From Bacteroidaceae bacterium (GTDB lineage: Bacteria > Bacteroidota > Bacteroidia > Bacteroidales > Bacteroidaceae), in contig CAAGNV010000032.1 in NCBI GenBank assembly GCA_900771425.1, forward strand, positions 882 to 64,881: 64,000 nucleotides of DNA. The letters are read 5' to 3'. Under the pieces are notes generated by a model. It was not told the origin of the DNA. It did not search any database and saw nothing but the letters and a program-made list of their open reading frames with translations. Both the position numbers and the translations under genes were made by a program. Shown here piece after piece: positions 36,766 through 46,230 of this stretch; within the stretch, counting starts at the first letter, position 1, and every line of letters starts with the position of its first letter.

Positions 36766-38070
36766 ATGAAACGCATATTATTCCTTATCATATTGGCAAC
36801 AACACAGGTTGCTGTTTCTGCCCAGACCAATCCAAAGATTCAGGCACTCCAAACTCATCTCAAAGAAAAAGGGGTGAAAGTCCCTATGAAATTCAGTAAC
36901 ATCGACGGCGACGGACTGCGCATGAACTTTAGCATATCCATGCCTCTGTACGATGATGACAAATGGTTTGCTGACTATGTGGAGGTCGTTGACGTTGACT
37001 CGCTGTTCAAGAATCTCTCAGGCGTAGCGATGGACGAGAAAGGCAATTACACCATCAATGGCATGAAGATACAAGAGTGGCGTATAGGCGGCAAGAGCGT
37101 AATGGTTGATGGTAAGATCGTTATGGAAAATGCTGAGTCGAAGATTGACAGCAGCTTTCGTGCAAAGGCAGCCACAAACCGTGACGTCTATAACCTGGTT
37201 CGCCACACTATAGCCGAACTGCAGGAAGACGCTGCAGAGAGTTACAGCTATGAGTATCACAAGAACGGTGCAGACACCATTATCACTACCATAGCACTCC
37301 GTCACCCTTGCAACGACAACCAACAAGTGTACACCTATAAGTTTGACAGCAGCCCTGTGCCTCAGGTGCAACGGGCACCCGAATGGATACATTTTGATTA
37401 TAAAAACACTGAAAAAATATATTTAACCTCCCCTTATGTACCATTGGCGAATGCCTATTTCCGTTACAATGGCATCATAGATTCTACGCTTGCTGCCACC
37501 AAGGACTTCGATTTCGCAACGCTGCAGAAGAAACTTGATCCATTGTTCAAGAGCAAAAGTATTAAGAGACATACTCTGCTCTGCCGTCACGACCAATCAT
37601 TTGACCGTTATGCCTACAACGACAGCCTGATCAGGATAGGACAACCCAGAAAGACAATCCAGTCGATGACATTCAGAAGTATGGGACCAGGCGGCGAAAG
37701 TCGTTACACCATATACAAGTTCACAAGCGAGGAGCAGGCAAGAAATGTGCTGAACCAAGTGATGGACTGCATACGCCAACAGATAGATGCTGACCCATAT
37801 CAGGCATACGAGGTAGTGTATGACGCATACTTTGGCACCTCAGTACCCACTACAATATTTACTGCACTACCTTGCTCGGAAACAATAATCGCTTACCGCA
37901 AGGACAAAACCATGGCAGTGAAGACGATGGAAATAAAAACATACATGGATCCAGATGGTTTCTACTTCATCTTCAATGAGTGCCAGGGTGACGATACCTT
38001 CCCTTACGAATGGAAAACCCTGAAGGAATTCATCAACGGCAAGAAGGTCTATTATAAGGATTCGCTGTAA
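36766..38070 (+). CDS. hypothetical secreted protein
   Basis: 434 aa with signal peptide MKRILFLIILATTQVAVSAQ. I recognise no motif. Confidence 0.55.
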   Translation: MKRILFLIILATTQVAVSAQTNPKIQALQTHLKEKGVKVPMKFSNIDGDGLRMNFSISMPLYDDDKWFADYVEVVDVDSLFKNLSGVAMDEKGNYTINGMKIQEWRIGGKSVMVDGKIVMENAESKIDSSFRAKAATNRDVYNLVRHTIAELQEDAAESYSYEYHKNGADTIITTIALRHPCNDNQQVYTYKFDSSPVPQVQRAPEWIHFDYKNTEKIYLTSPYVPLANAYFRYNGIIDSTLAATKDFDFATLQKKLDPLFKSKSIKRHTLLCRHDQSFDRYAYNDSLIRIGQPRKTIQSMTFRSMGPGGESRYTIYKFTSEEQARNVLNQVMDCIRQQIDADPYQAYEVVYDAYFGTSVPTTIFTALPCSETIIAYRKDKTMAVKTMEIKTYMDPDGFYFIFNECQGDDTFPYEWKTLKEFINGKKVYYKDSL

Positions 38071-38119
38071 TCCAAGAATCAAGAAGGTTATCAGATTCTC
38101 TTTGTCAAGAAGAATGAGA

Positions 38120-39220
38120 TTACTTTTCGATAAATCCGTCCATGATGACTGTTGGCGTTGCTTTGCTGTCGAACGCACCAAGCTTGTAACCGCCAGGCAG
38201 ACATTGTGGTTCCCAGTAGAATACACCTCGGCATCGTCTGTTGGTTTCAGTCTGCGCTTCACGGATTACACGTGACAACTGTCGGCGGCCTTCTTCCATC
38301 TTCTCTGGGTGACGCTCATCGACTTCGTATCCTGTCTCGACAATCATGACGTCGCAGTTGTATTTCTCGCTTACGTGCCGTATGTTTGCCATGCAGTCGG
38401 TGATGATGTCGTCAGCCTTGAGTTCGGGGTGCCCGTCCATTGCCCAGTATGGATAGAGCGACATTCCTACCATGTCGAACTTTCCTCCATATTTGATTAC
38501 TGTGTCGAGGTTGTTGTCGTAGATGCTCTGACGGTGACCTCGGTCAAGGTGAATGATTACGATGGCTTGCGGAAATATCTCTTTCACTGCATCATAGCCG
38601 GCACGTATGAAACCGGCATACTGCTGTGGCTCAGTCTTGATGTAGCCCATACTGTTCGTGATGATGGAGTGCCCCAGCGAGTCCTTTACCTCCCAACCGC
38701 GTTCGTTGGTCTTTACGCTCCAAAGCATGCCGTTGGTGGTCTCGTTGCCTACCTGTACCCAACGAGGCTTGATTCCGTTCTTCTTCAGCAATGAAAGTAC
38801 CTCAACCGTGTGGTCGTGCAAATCTTGTTTCATCTCCTCGAACGAATGACCGAGCCACGCTTTTGGAATAGGTTGCTTGCCAGGGTCAGCCCATGAATCG
38901 CTGTAATGGAAATCAACCATCAGGTCCATGCCTAACTTCTTGACGCGCCTTGCCATGGCAAGTAAACTGAATTTGTCGCAGTCGCCTCCGCGGGGATTGA
39001 CCCATACGCGCATTCTTATTGCATTCATCTGGTAATCGGTTTTCAGTAATTCAAGACATTCACGCTCTTTGCCGTTGCGGTCATGAAAGACCACGCCGTT
39101 TCGTTCCTGACCTTGAAGAAATCCTACGTCAGCACCCTTCACAAACACATTCTGCCCCTGTGCAAATGCTGTCGTCACCATTGACACGTACATTACGAAT
39201 AATAAAGTTAAACGTTGCAT
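38120..39220 (-). CDS. GH53 arabinogalactan endo-beta-1,4-galactanase
   Basis: Start set at MQRLTLLFVMYVS. It has VKGADVGFL, NAIRMRVWVNP, the acid/base region VQVGNETTNGM and the nucleophile region VMIVETGY. Confidence 0.88.
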   Translation of the reverse strand: MQRLTLLFVMYVSMVTTAFAQGQNVFVKGADVGFLQGQERNGVVFHDRNGKERECLELLKTDYQMNAIRMRVWVNPRGGDCDKFSLLAMARRVKKLGMDLMVDFHYSDSWADPGKQPIPKAWLGHSFEEMKQDLHDHTVEVLSLLKKNGIKPRWVQVGNETTNGMLWSVKTNERGWEVKDSLGHSIITNSMGYIKTEPQQYAGFIRAGYDAVKEIFPQAIVIIHLDRGHRQSIYDNNLDTVIKYGGKFDMVGMSLYPYWAMDGHPELKADDIITDCMANIRHVSEKYNCDVMIVETGYEVDERHPEKMEEGRRQLSRVIREAQTETNRRCRGVFYWEPQCLPGGYKLGAFDSKATPTVIMDGFIEK

Positions 39221-39370
39221 AATAATTGTTTGATATGAATTAATAGTTAATGATTGATAGTCGGTTGTTGGGTTCGGCAAGGCTATCTCTATCCATGATA
39301 GCCATCATTCCTGCCAACCTATATTGTGGTTGATGACTGCTTTACTCTGATTGGTCTAATAATACAATTA

Positions 39371-39400
39371 AGCCCTCACCGATGTTTTTTGGTGGGGGCT
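39371..39400 (-). terminator. hairpin downstream of tRNA-Arg
   Basis: 10-bp stem AGCCCTCACC/GGTGGGGGCT (one wobble pair) followed by T-rich sequence on the minus strand. Confidence 0.45.
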
Positions 39401-39451
39401 TTGATTATGGTTGTATCGTTGCTGTGCGTTGCCACAGCCTTTCCCCGAATG

Positions 39452-39525
39452 TGACCTCGATGGGATTCAAACCCATGACCTTCAGAACCGGAATCTGACG
39501 CTCTATTCAGCTAAGCTACGAGGCC
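39452..39525 (-). tRNA. tRNA-Arg (anticodon CCG)
   Basis: Hand-folded 74-nt cloverleaf: acceptor GGCCTCG/CGAGGTC, anticodon arm TCAGA-TTCCGGT-TCTGA, T-arm ATGGG-TTTGAAT-CCCAT. No CCA is encoded. Confidence 0.9.
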
Positions 39526-39554
39526 GAGGGGAATTAAAAATTGATAATTGAGAA

Positions 39555-41303
39555 TTATTCTACTCCGAGACTCTTGAGTATCTCTACGCACTTCGTGTCG
39601 GCTTCGGCACACAGTGTGTTATACTGCTCTGCTGACTGCATAGGTGCGAACGTCTCGATGTAGAACTTAATCTTTGGTTCAGTACCAGATGGGCGTACGC
39701 TGACCTTGGTGCCGTCCTCGGCATAGAACTGCAGCACGTTGCTGGTATCGGGCATGGTGATGTCGCTGACCTTGCCGCATGAGCAGGTTGACTTGAGTGT
39801 CTTGAAGTCTTTCATGAGTTTGACTGGTGAACCTGCGAGTTCGCGCGGTGGGTTGTTGCGGTAGTTCTCCATCATCTGTCGGATTTCGTCGGCTCCAGAC
39901 TTTCCTGGACGTACTACGTTGACTGCCTTGTTGTATGAGAATCCGTACTCGAGGTATATGTCCATGAGTACGTCGTAGAGTGTCTTGCCCTGATCCTTTG
40001 CCCATGCACAGATCTCTGCGAGGAGTGAGCATGCGCTGACTGAGTCCTTGTCGCGTGTGAAGTCTTCTGCAAGGAATCCGAATGACTCTTCGCCTCCGCC
40101 TATGTATTGTTTCTTGCCTTCCTCGACGAGTATCTCGCGTGCTATCCACTTGAAGCCTGTGTAGCAGTCTTTCATCTCGATGCCGTATCGGTCGGCTATC
40201 TTCTTGACAAGTTCGGTGGTGACGATGGTCTTGACGATGAAGTCGGTATCCTGACGGAGCATGCCCTTGGCGTCGCGGTTCTTGATGATGTAGTAGAGGA
40301 ATATCATCAGTGTCTGGTTGCCGTTGACGATTTGCCACTCTCCGGTGCTGTCCTTGCATGCCATTGCTATGCGGTCAGCATCAGGGTCGGATGCCATGAC
40401 GATGTCGGCATTGATGCTCTTGGCGAGGTTGACTGCGAGAGTAAGTGCCTCGGCGTTCTCTGGGTTAGGTGATACGACTGTAGGGAAGTTGCCGTCCTTG
40501 ATCATCTGCTCAGGCACGCAGTTGACATTTGTGAAGCCCCATGCCTTGATGGATCGTGGTATCATCATCATGCCTGCACCGTGAAGTGGTGTATAGACGA
40601 TGCTGAGGTCGTGCTGGCGCTCGATGACTTCGTGGTCGATGCTGAGTGTCTTTACAGCCTCGATGTATGCCTTATCTACTTCCTCACCAATTATGGTGAT
40701 GTACTGCTTGTCGCCTCCGGTCTTAACGTCTTCGTAACGAACCTTATTGACTTCAGCTATGATGCCCTTGTCGTGTGGTGCAAGCACCTGTGCTCCGTCG
40801 TCCCAGTATGCCTTGTACCCGTTGTATTCGCGTGGGTTGTGGCTTGCGGTGATGTTGACGCCGCTCTGACACTTCAGGTGGCGGATGGCAAAGCTGACTT
40901 CTGGGGTAGGGCGCATGTCCTCAAAGAGATAGACATAGATGCCGTTTGCTGCGAAGATGTCTGCCACGCGCTGAGCGAACACGTCGGAGTTGTTGCGGCA
41001 GTCCACGCCGATAACTACGCTTATTTTGTCGCGGTCGGCGAAGTTTTTGTTGAGATAGTTGGCGAGTCCCTGTGTGGCTGCGCCTACTGTATAGATGTTC
41101 ATTCGGTTGGTGCCGGCTCCCATGATGCCTCGGAGTCCGCCTGTACCGAATTCAAGCGTCTGATAGAAAGAGTCGATGAGTGCAGACTTGTCTTCTGCCT
41201 CGAGCATCGCCTTGACTTCGTTTTGTGTCTTTGTGTCAAATACTTCGCTGGTAGCCCATTGCTGTGCTACTTGCTCACATTGACGTAATAATTCTGTATC
41301 CAT
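39555..41303 (-). CDS. phosphoglucomutase / phospho-sugar mutase
   Basis: 582 aa with the active-site phosphoserine loop TASHNPREYNGYK and the metal loop SDPDADR. Confidence 0.9.
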   Translation of the reverse strand: MDTELLRQCEQVAQQWATSEVFDTKTQNEVKAMLEAEDKSALIDSFYQTLEFGTGGLRGIMGAGTNRMNIYTVGAATQGLANYLNKNFADRDKISVVIGVDCRNNSDVFAQRVADIFAANGIYVYLFEDMRPTPEVSFAIRHLKCQSGVNITASHNPREYNGYKAYWDDGAQVLAPHDKGIIAEVNKVRYEDVKTGGDKQYITIIGEEVDKAYIEAVKTLSIDHEVIERQHDLSIVYTPLHGAGMMMIPRSIKAWGFTNVNCVPEQMIKDGNFPTVVSPNPENAEALTLAVNLAKSINADIVMASDPDADRIAMACKDSTGEWQIVNGNQTLMIFLYYIIKNRDAKGMLRQDTDFIVKTIVTTELVKKIADRYGIEMKDCYTGFKWIAREILVEEGKKQYIGGGEESFGFLAEDFTRDKDSVSACSLLAEICAWAKDQGKTLYDVLMDIYLEYGFSYNKAVNVVRPGKSGADEIRQMMENYRNNPPRELAGSPVKLMKDFKTLKSTCSCGKVSDITMPDTSNVLQFYAEDGTKVSVRPSGTEPKIKFYIETFAPMQSAEQYNTLCAEADTKCVEILKSLGVE

Positions 41304-41340
41304 AGTGGTTAGTGGTTTTTATTATTATGAATTGATTTTG

Positions 41341-41348
41341 CAAAGATA
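41341..41348 (-). promoter_or_regulatory. -7 promoter box (TATCTTTG on minus strand)
   Basis: CAAAGATA 38 nt upstream of the ATG at 41303. Confidence 0.5.
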
Positions 41349-41406
41349 CGCAAAAGTTTTTAATTAAGTGGTATGTGTTGATGTTTTTTTTGAAGAGGTT
41401 CTATTC

Positions 41407-42366
41407 TCAGTTCATTATTGCAAAGTAATCGACTATTCCGAGTAGGCAGTTGTTCTTGTCGGTGACGAGGAGTGAATGGATTTGGTGTTTCTTGAACATT
41501 GCCTGTATCTGTACGAGTTTGGCGTCGGGACCGATGGTACGTGGGTGGCGTGTCATGGCATCCTTGACGGTCAGGTTGAAGAAGTTCGACTTCGATCCCT
41601 CGACGGCACGTCGTATGTCGCCGTCGGTGATGATGCCGATAGGGCGGTGTTCTTCGTCGAGTATGGCTCCGAGTCCGAGTTGACCGTTGCTGATGCTGAT
41701 GATGGCATCGATGAGTTTCATGTCGGCATCGATGATTGGCAGGTTCTCAGTGTACATCACGTCGCGTACCTTAGTCACGAGTTTCTTGCCGAGTGTGCCG
41801 GCAGGGTGGAACATGGCAAAGTCGCGCTCCTTGAAGCGTCGCTTCTCCATGAGAGCACATGCTATGGCGTCGCCCATGGCCATGGCTGCCGTAGTTGATG
41901 ATGTAGGTGCGAGTCCGAGCGGACAAGCCTCCTTCTCGACCGATACGGGTATGTGAAAGTCGGAGTGTTTGGCGAGTAGTGATTCAGGGTTGCCAGTCAT
42001 TGAGATAATCTTGTTGTGTCGGTCTTCAAGACACGACACGATGTGGAGTATCTCGTCGGAGTTGCCCGAGTTGGATATGAGCAGCGCGATGTCGTCGGGC
42101 ATAATCATGCCGAGGTCGCCATGCAAGGCATCGAGTGGGTTGACGTAGAAGGCTGGAGTACCGGTCGAAGCAAGCGTCGCTGCTATCTTGGCAGCCACGT
42201 GTCCTGACTTTCCTACTCCCGAGACTACTACATGTCCCTTGCATTTGTATATTAGTTCGATGGCTTGGTCGAATGTCTCGTTGACTTCTATCTGAGGAAT
42301 CAGTGCCAATATGGCATTAGCCTCGTCTTGGAGACACTTGATGGCCGTTTCGTGTATTGCGTTCAT
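41407..42366 (-). CDS. kdsD: arabinose-5-phosphate isomerase (KpsF/GutQ family, SIS plus 2 CBS domains)
   Basis: 319 aa with VVSGVGKSGHVAAKIAATLASTG (SIS domain) and tandem CBS domains. It is adjacent to kdsA. Confidence 0.88.
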   Translation of the reverse strand: MNAIHETAIKCLQDEANAILALIPQIEVNETFDQAIELIYKCKGHVVVSGVGKSGHVAAKIAATLASTGTPAFYVNPLDALHGDLGMIMPDDIALLISNSGNSDEILHIVSCLEDRHNKIISMTGNPESLLAKHSDFHIPVSVEKEACPLGLAPTSSTTAAMAMGDAIACALMEKRRFKERDFAMFHPAGTLGKKLVTKVRDVMYTENLPIIDADMKLIDAIISISNGQLGLGAILDEEHRPIGIITDGDIRRAVEGSKSNFFNLTVKDAMTRHPRTIGPDAKLVQIQAMFKKHQIHSLLVTDKNNCLLGIVDYFAIMN

Positions 42367-42423
42367 AAGTGTAGAGTGAAGAGCAATGAGTTAAGTGATT
42401 ATTATGGAAGGAGCAAATGATTA

Positions 42424-43185
42424 TTATTTAAGCAATGGCGTGATGGTTGCTTCGAAGTCTTTTAAATAAAGCATGTTTGGCCCGTCGCTCAGAGCTTTTT
42501 CTGGGTCTGGATGGATTTCGAAGAAATATCCGTTTGCGCCGAATGCCTTTGCCGCAAGTGCCATGGCTGGCACGAACTCGCGGTTACCTCCCGTCTTGCC
42601 TCCTGCTGCACCTGGGCGCTGTACTGAGTGGGTACAATCCATGATGACGGTGTCGGCGTACTTTTTCATGTCGGCAATGTTGCGGAAATCCACTGCAAGG
42701 TTGTTGTATCCATAGATGTTGCCTCGTTCGGTAAGCCACACATTGTCGTTGCCGCTCTCACGCACTTTCTGTACTGGGTACTGCATGTCGTCGCCACTGA
42801 GGAACTGTGCCTTCTTGATGTTTACGGTCTTGCCCGTACGTGCTGCAGCTACGAGCAAGTCGGTCTGACGACAGAGGAACGCAGGAATCTGTAGGATGTC
42901 GGCTACCTCGCTGACGGGGTCTGCCTGATGGCTTTCGTGGATGTCGGTGAGAATGCGGAGTCCGTAGCGCGACTTGATGTCTGCAAGCATCTGCATGCCT
43001 TTCTCCAAGCCTGGACCACGGAACGAATGTATTGAGGTACGGTTTGCCTTGTCGAACGAAGCCTTGAAGATGATGTCGGTACCGAGTTTCTGATTGATGC
43101 GTACCAGTTCACTTGCAACTTCGTCGAGTATATCCATGCTTTCAATAACGCATGGACCTGCTATTATGGTTATGTTCTTGTTCAT
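42424..43185 (-). CDS. kdsA: 3-deoxy-8-phosphooctulonate synthase
   Basis: 253 aa with IAGPCVIES, FKASFDKANR and DCTHSVQRPG motifs. Confidence 0.9.
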   Translation of the reverse strand: MNKNITIIAGPCVIESMDILDEVASELVRINQKLGTDIIFKASFDKANRTSIHSFRGPGLEKGMQMLADIKSRYGLRILTDIHESHQADPVSEVADILQIPAFLCRQTDLLVAAARTGKTVNIKKAQFLSGDDMQYPVQKVRESGNDNVWLTERGNIYGYNNLAVDFRNIADMKKYADTVIMDCTHSVQRPGAAGGKTGGNREFVPAMALAAKAFGANGYFFEIHPDPEKALSDGPNMLYLKDFEATITPLLK

Positions 43186-43233
43186 GCTGAATGTGCTGAT
43201 TTGGTGAGGGTGAGTGAGTGTGTGTGAGTGTCG

Positions 43234-43878
43234 TCAGTCTTGGCTGACTTTGCTCGTGAGTGTAAGTACGAACTCATCGAACACCTTATATATAATAATA
43301 TGTGTATCGCCGTTCATGTCTGCCATGCTGAACTGACCTTCGTAGCATAACTCGTCGAACGGCTCGACATGTAGGTCTTCCTTGAAGTCAACATCTTCCT
43401 TGCCTAATACCTTATATACGCTTTCCTTGGCTGACCAGTGCAGAAGCATTCCGATGACTGAGTCTGCGTACTCGTCGTCTGCGATGAATTTCGACTTGAT
43501 GCGTTCTACTCTTGTAGTCTGTCCTTCATCTACTTTTTCAATCTGCTCTACATCGACGCCTACTTTGTCAGTATTTGACACTGCCACTGCTACATATCCA
43601 CGTGTGTGGGAAATGCTTATGTTCAGTCCTTCGTATCGTGGCAGCAATGGTGCGCCTTGCTCGTTGTAGTCAATATGGACTTGTCTGCCGAGCATGGTGT
43701 AAAGCAATACTCGTACGGCAGTCCATTCAATCTGGCGCTTTTCGCTGGTGAAACGAAGGGCAGCCTCGTTGCTTACGCTGTCGGCATCGGGCAGGAGTCC
43801 GAGGAGTTCGTCGTAGTCTTCTGTCACGTGCCAAACCGCAACACGCGTGTTACCGAACTGATGGTCGTAGTAAATCAT
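43234..43878 (-). CDS. 4'-phosphopantetheinyl transferase superfamily protein
   Basis: 214 aa. ISISHTRGYVAVAV, GVDVE and WSAKESVYK are Sfp/EntD-type motifs. Its start shares 1 nt with the ssb stop (TGATG). Confidence 0.7.
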   Translation of the reverse strand: MIYYDHQFGNTRVAVWHVTEDYDELLGLLPDADSVSNEAALRFTSEKRQIEWTAVRVLLYTMLGRQVHIDYNEQGAPLLPRYEGLNISISHTRGYVAVAVSNTDKVGVDVEQIEKVDEGQTTRVERIKSKFIADDEYADSVIGMLLHWSAKESVYKVLGKEDVDFKEDLHVEPFDELCYEGQFSMADMNGDTHIIIYKVFDEFVLTLTSKVSQD

Positions 43879-44294
43879 CAGAAGGGTGGGGTGTTAGGGT
43901 CTTCGGCAGGTTGAGTCGGCTGAACTGGCTGCTGAACTGGTTGCTGTGCCTGTTGCTGTGTCTTTGGCGTGAGCATTTCCATGTTCGACACCATGATTTC
44001 AGTGATATAGCGTCGGATGCCTTGGCGGTCGTCGTATTGTCTTGACTGTATCTTGCCTTCGACATACAGTTTGTCGCCCTTATGGACATATTTCTCAACG
44101 ACTTCGCCCTGCTTGTCCCAGAATATGAGGTTGTGCCATTCGGTTTGTTCCGGCACTTGTGTGCCGTTAGCCATGGTGTAGGCACGTTCAGTCGTTGCGA
44201 GTCGTACTTGTGCTACGCAGATGCCTGCGGGTGTATAGCGGACGGTAGGTTCAATGCCTACGTTGCCTATGAGCATTACTTTGTTTAGTGACAT
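43878..44294 (-). CDS. ssb: single-stranded DNA-binding protein
   Basis: 138 aa with N-terminal OB fold MSLNKVMLIGNVG...TEWHNLIFW, a Q/P-rich linker and a C-terminal tip ending PPF. Confidence 0.9.
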   Translation of the reverse strand: MSLNKVMLIGNVGIEPTVRYTPAGICVAQVRLATTERAYTMANGTQVPEQTEWHNLIFWDKQGEVVEKYVHKGDKLYVEGKIQSRQYDDRQGIRRYITEIMVSNMEMLTPKTQQQAQQPVQQPVQPTQPAEDPNTPPF

Positions 44295-44339
44295 AAGGAA
44301 TGTGTGTTTAGATTTTAAGTGATGATGGTAAAACAGGTA

Positions 44340-45368
44340 TCAGCGAAACAGTGTGGCTGAATGGTTCAGAAGCATGTAGTCCGCGATGACGAGTGCAGCC
44401 ATGCTTTCGACGATAGGCAATGCCCTTTGCAGTACGCATGGGTCGTGGCGTCCCTTGGCTTTCAGTGTCGTAGGCTCGCCCTGCTTATTAACGGTATGCT
44501 GCTCTTGTGCTATCGTGGCGACTGGCTTGAATGCAACGCGGAAGTAAATGTCTTCGCCGTTGCTGATTCCGCCCTGAATGCCTCCGCTGTGGTTGGTCGT
44601 GGTGTGTATCTTGCCGTCGGTAGCCACGAATGGGTCGTTTTGTTCCGATCCTCTCATGCCTATGCCGCTGAATCCCTCTCCGTAGTCGAATCCCTTCGCT
44701 GCATTTATTGAGAGCATGGCAGCTCCGAGTGCTGCATGGAGTTTTCCGAACACTGGTTCGCCTAGACCGACGGGGCATCCGCTTATGTTGCAGGTGATGA
44801 TGCCTCCAATGGAGTCGTTCAGGCGGCGTACTTCATCAACAGCCTCGTTGTATTGCCGCATTTGTTCCTCGTCTGTGCCGGTGAGTATGGTGTTGCCCAC
44901 CTGTGCAATTCTTGCCTTTATGTCGATGCCTGCCTTGCGTGTAAGCATCTGTGCAAAGGCTCCGCCTACTACACGGCATGCCGTCTCGCGAGCCGATGTC
45001 CGTCCGCCTCCGCGGTAGTCGCGTATTCCGTACTTCGTCTGATATGTGAAGTCGGCGTGTGATGGGCGGAAGAGATCTTTCATCTCGCTGTAGTCAACGG
45101 AGTGGGCGTCGGTGTTCTTGATGACGAAGCCGATAGGACAGCCCGTTGACTTGCCCTCGAATACGCCGGAGAGTATTTCCACCTCGTCGGCTTCGTTGCG
45201 CTGAGTCGTTTGCAACGATGTGCCAGGACGGCGGCGCTGCATCTGCTGACGGATGAAGTCGATGTCGATGTCGATGCCTGCTGGGAAACCGTCGATGATG
45301 CCTCCGATTGCCGGTCCGTGGCTTTCGCCGAATGTTGACAGACGTAATATGTTGCCGAATGTGTTCAT
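44340..45368 (-). CDS. aroC: chorismate synthase
   Basis: 342 aa with [24 protein letters not shown]-like (RPSHADFTY) and [11 protein letters not shown] motifs. Confidence 0.93.
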   Translation of the reverse strand: MNTFGNILRLSTFGESHGPAIGGIIDGFPAGIDIDIDFIRQQMQRRRPGTSLQTTQRNEADEVEILSGVFEGKSTGCPIGFVIKNTDAHSVDYSEMKDLFRPSHADFTYQTKYGIRDYRGGGRTSARETACRVVGGAFAQMLTRKAGIDIKARIAQVGNTILTGTDEEQMRQYNEAVDEVRRLNDSIGGIITCNISGCPVGLGEPVFGKLHAALGAAMLSINAAKGFDYGEGFSGIGMRGSEQNDPFVATDGKIHTTTNHSGGIQGGISNGEDIYFRVAFKPVATIAQEQHTVNKQGEPTTLKAKGRHDPCVLQRALPIVESMAALVIADYMLLNHSATLFR

Positions 45369-45452
45369 AATCGTGGGGGATAAGGACTGCCAGACATACT
45401 GGCAGCAGCGGGGTGAGTTATCTGCAAAGTGTGGGTTAGAGTGATGTGTCGT

Positions 45453-46070
45453 TTAGTGGCAGTGACCGCATCCGCATCCGTCGTGGTGATGATGTTCTTC
45501 GCCACAGTCGCATCCGTCTCCGCATTCTCCACCGCAGTCATCACATCCTCCGTGGCATCCACAGCCGCATCCTTCGCCGCTGAGCATACGGATCATGCCT
45601 GTTACCTCGTCGCTCGTTGCTTCGCGGTTAGTTACGACGGTACCCACGAAATGAAGGTCCTGACCTGCACGTGGATGGTTCAGGTCGATGGTTACGGCAT
45701 CAGCCTTTATCTCGATTACCACACCGTTGAATCGGCTTCCGTCTTCGCCCTGGAGCGGTATGATGTTGCCTTCGAAGATGTGTTCAGAGTCGAACTTGCC
45801 GTTTATGCAGAATGTAGATTTAGGTACGTCAAACATCAGTTCGTCCTCGAACTTGCCGTATGCATCATCGCATGGGATGACAAAGTCGAAACTGTCACCG
45901 GCCTTAAGCGGTTCAATTTCCTTCTCGAACGCAGGGAGTACGCAGTTCAGTTTTGTGATGAACGCAAACGGATGTTCTTCTGAACATTCCTCTACGAGGT
46001 CGTCCTTTATGTCTTCGCCGTCGCTCACGTAAAGTTTGTAAGCAACTGTAATGTAGTTGTTGGTTGTCAT
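45453..46070 (-). CDS. slyD: FKBP-type peptidyl-prolyl isomerase SlyD with Cys/His-rich metal-binding tail
   Basis: FKBP core with an IF insertion (LNHPRAGQDLHFVGTVV). The 43-aa tail is GEGCGCGCHGGCDDCGGECGDGCDCGEEHHHHDGCGCGHCH. Confidence 0.85.
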   Translation of the reverse strand: MTTNNYITVAYKLYVSDGEDIKDDLVEECSEEHPFAFITKLNCVLPAFEKEIEPLKAGDSFDFVIPCDDAYGKFEDELMFDVPKSTFCINGKFDSEHIFEGNIIPLQGEDGSRFNGVVIEIKADAVTIDLNHPRAGQDLHFVGTVVTNREATSDEVTGMIRMLSGEGCGCGCHGGCDDCGGECGDGCDCGEEHHHHDGCGCGHCH

Positions 46071-46174
46071 ATTTATGAATTTATAAAAGTTTTGTTATCA
46101 TTTCGCCTTACATTGTATTAATAACAACGTACGCAGAAACGTGATTTTACCTATCTCGAATGAATTTTTCTTTG

Positions 46175-46182
46175 CAAATATA
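46175..46182 (-). promoter_or_regulatory. -7 promoter box (TATATTTG on minus strand)
   Basis: CAAATATA about 105 nt upstream of the slyD ATG. Confidence 0.4.
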
Positions 46183-46204
46183 CAAATAATTAAGTAAGAA
46201 GCAT

Positions 46205-46212
46205 TACCTTTG
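46205..46212 (+). promoter_or_regulatory. -7 promoter box TACCTTTG
   Basis: TAnnTTTG match 19 nt upstream of the ATG at 46231. Confidence 0.5.
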
Positions 46213-46230
46213 CACAAAATAATCGTCAAA

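Noticed and set aside
43186-43233. GT-rich low-complexity tract (GGTGAGGGTGAGTGAGTGTGTGTGAGTG) between kdsA and the PPTase gene
   Set aside because: It is short and irregular, with no clear unit or hairpin. It is likely only a compositionally biased spacer, though slippage cannot be excluded.
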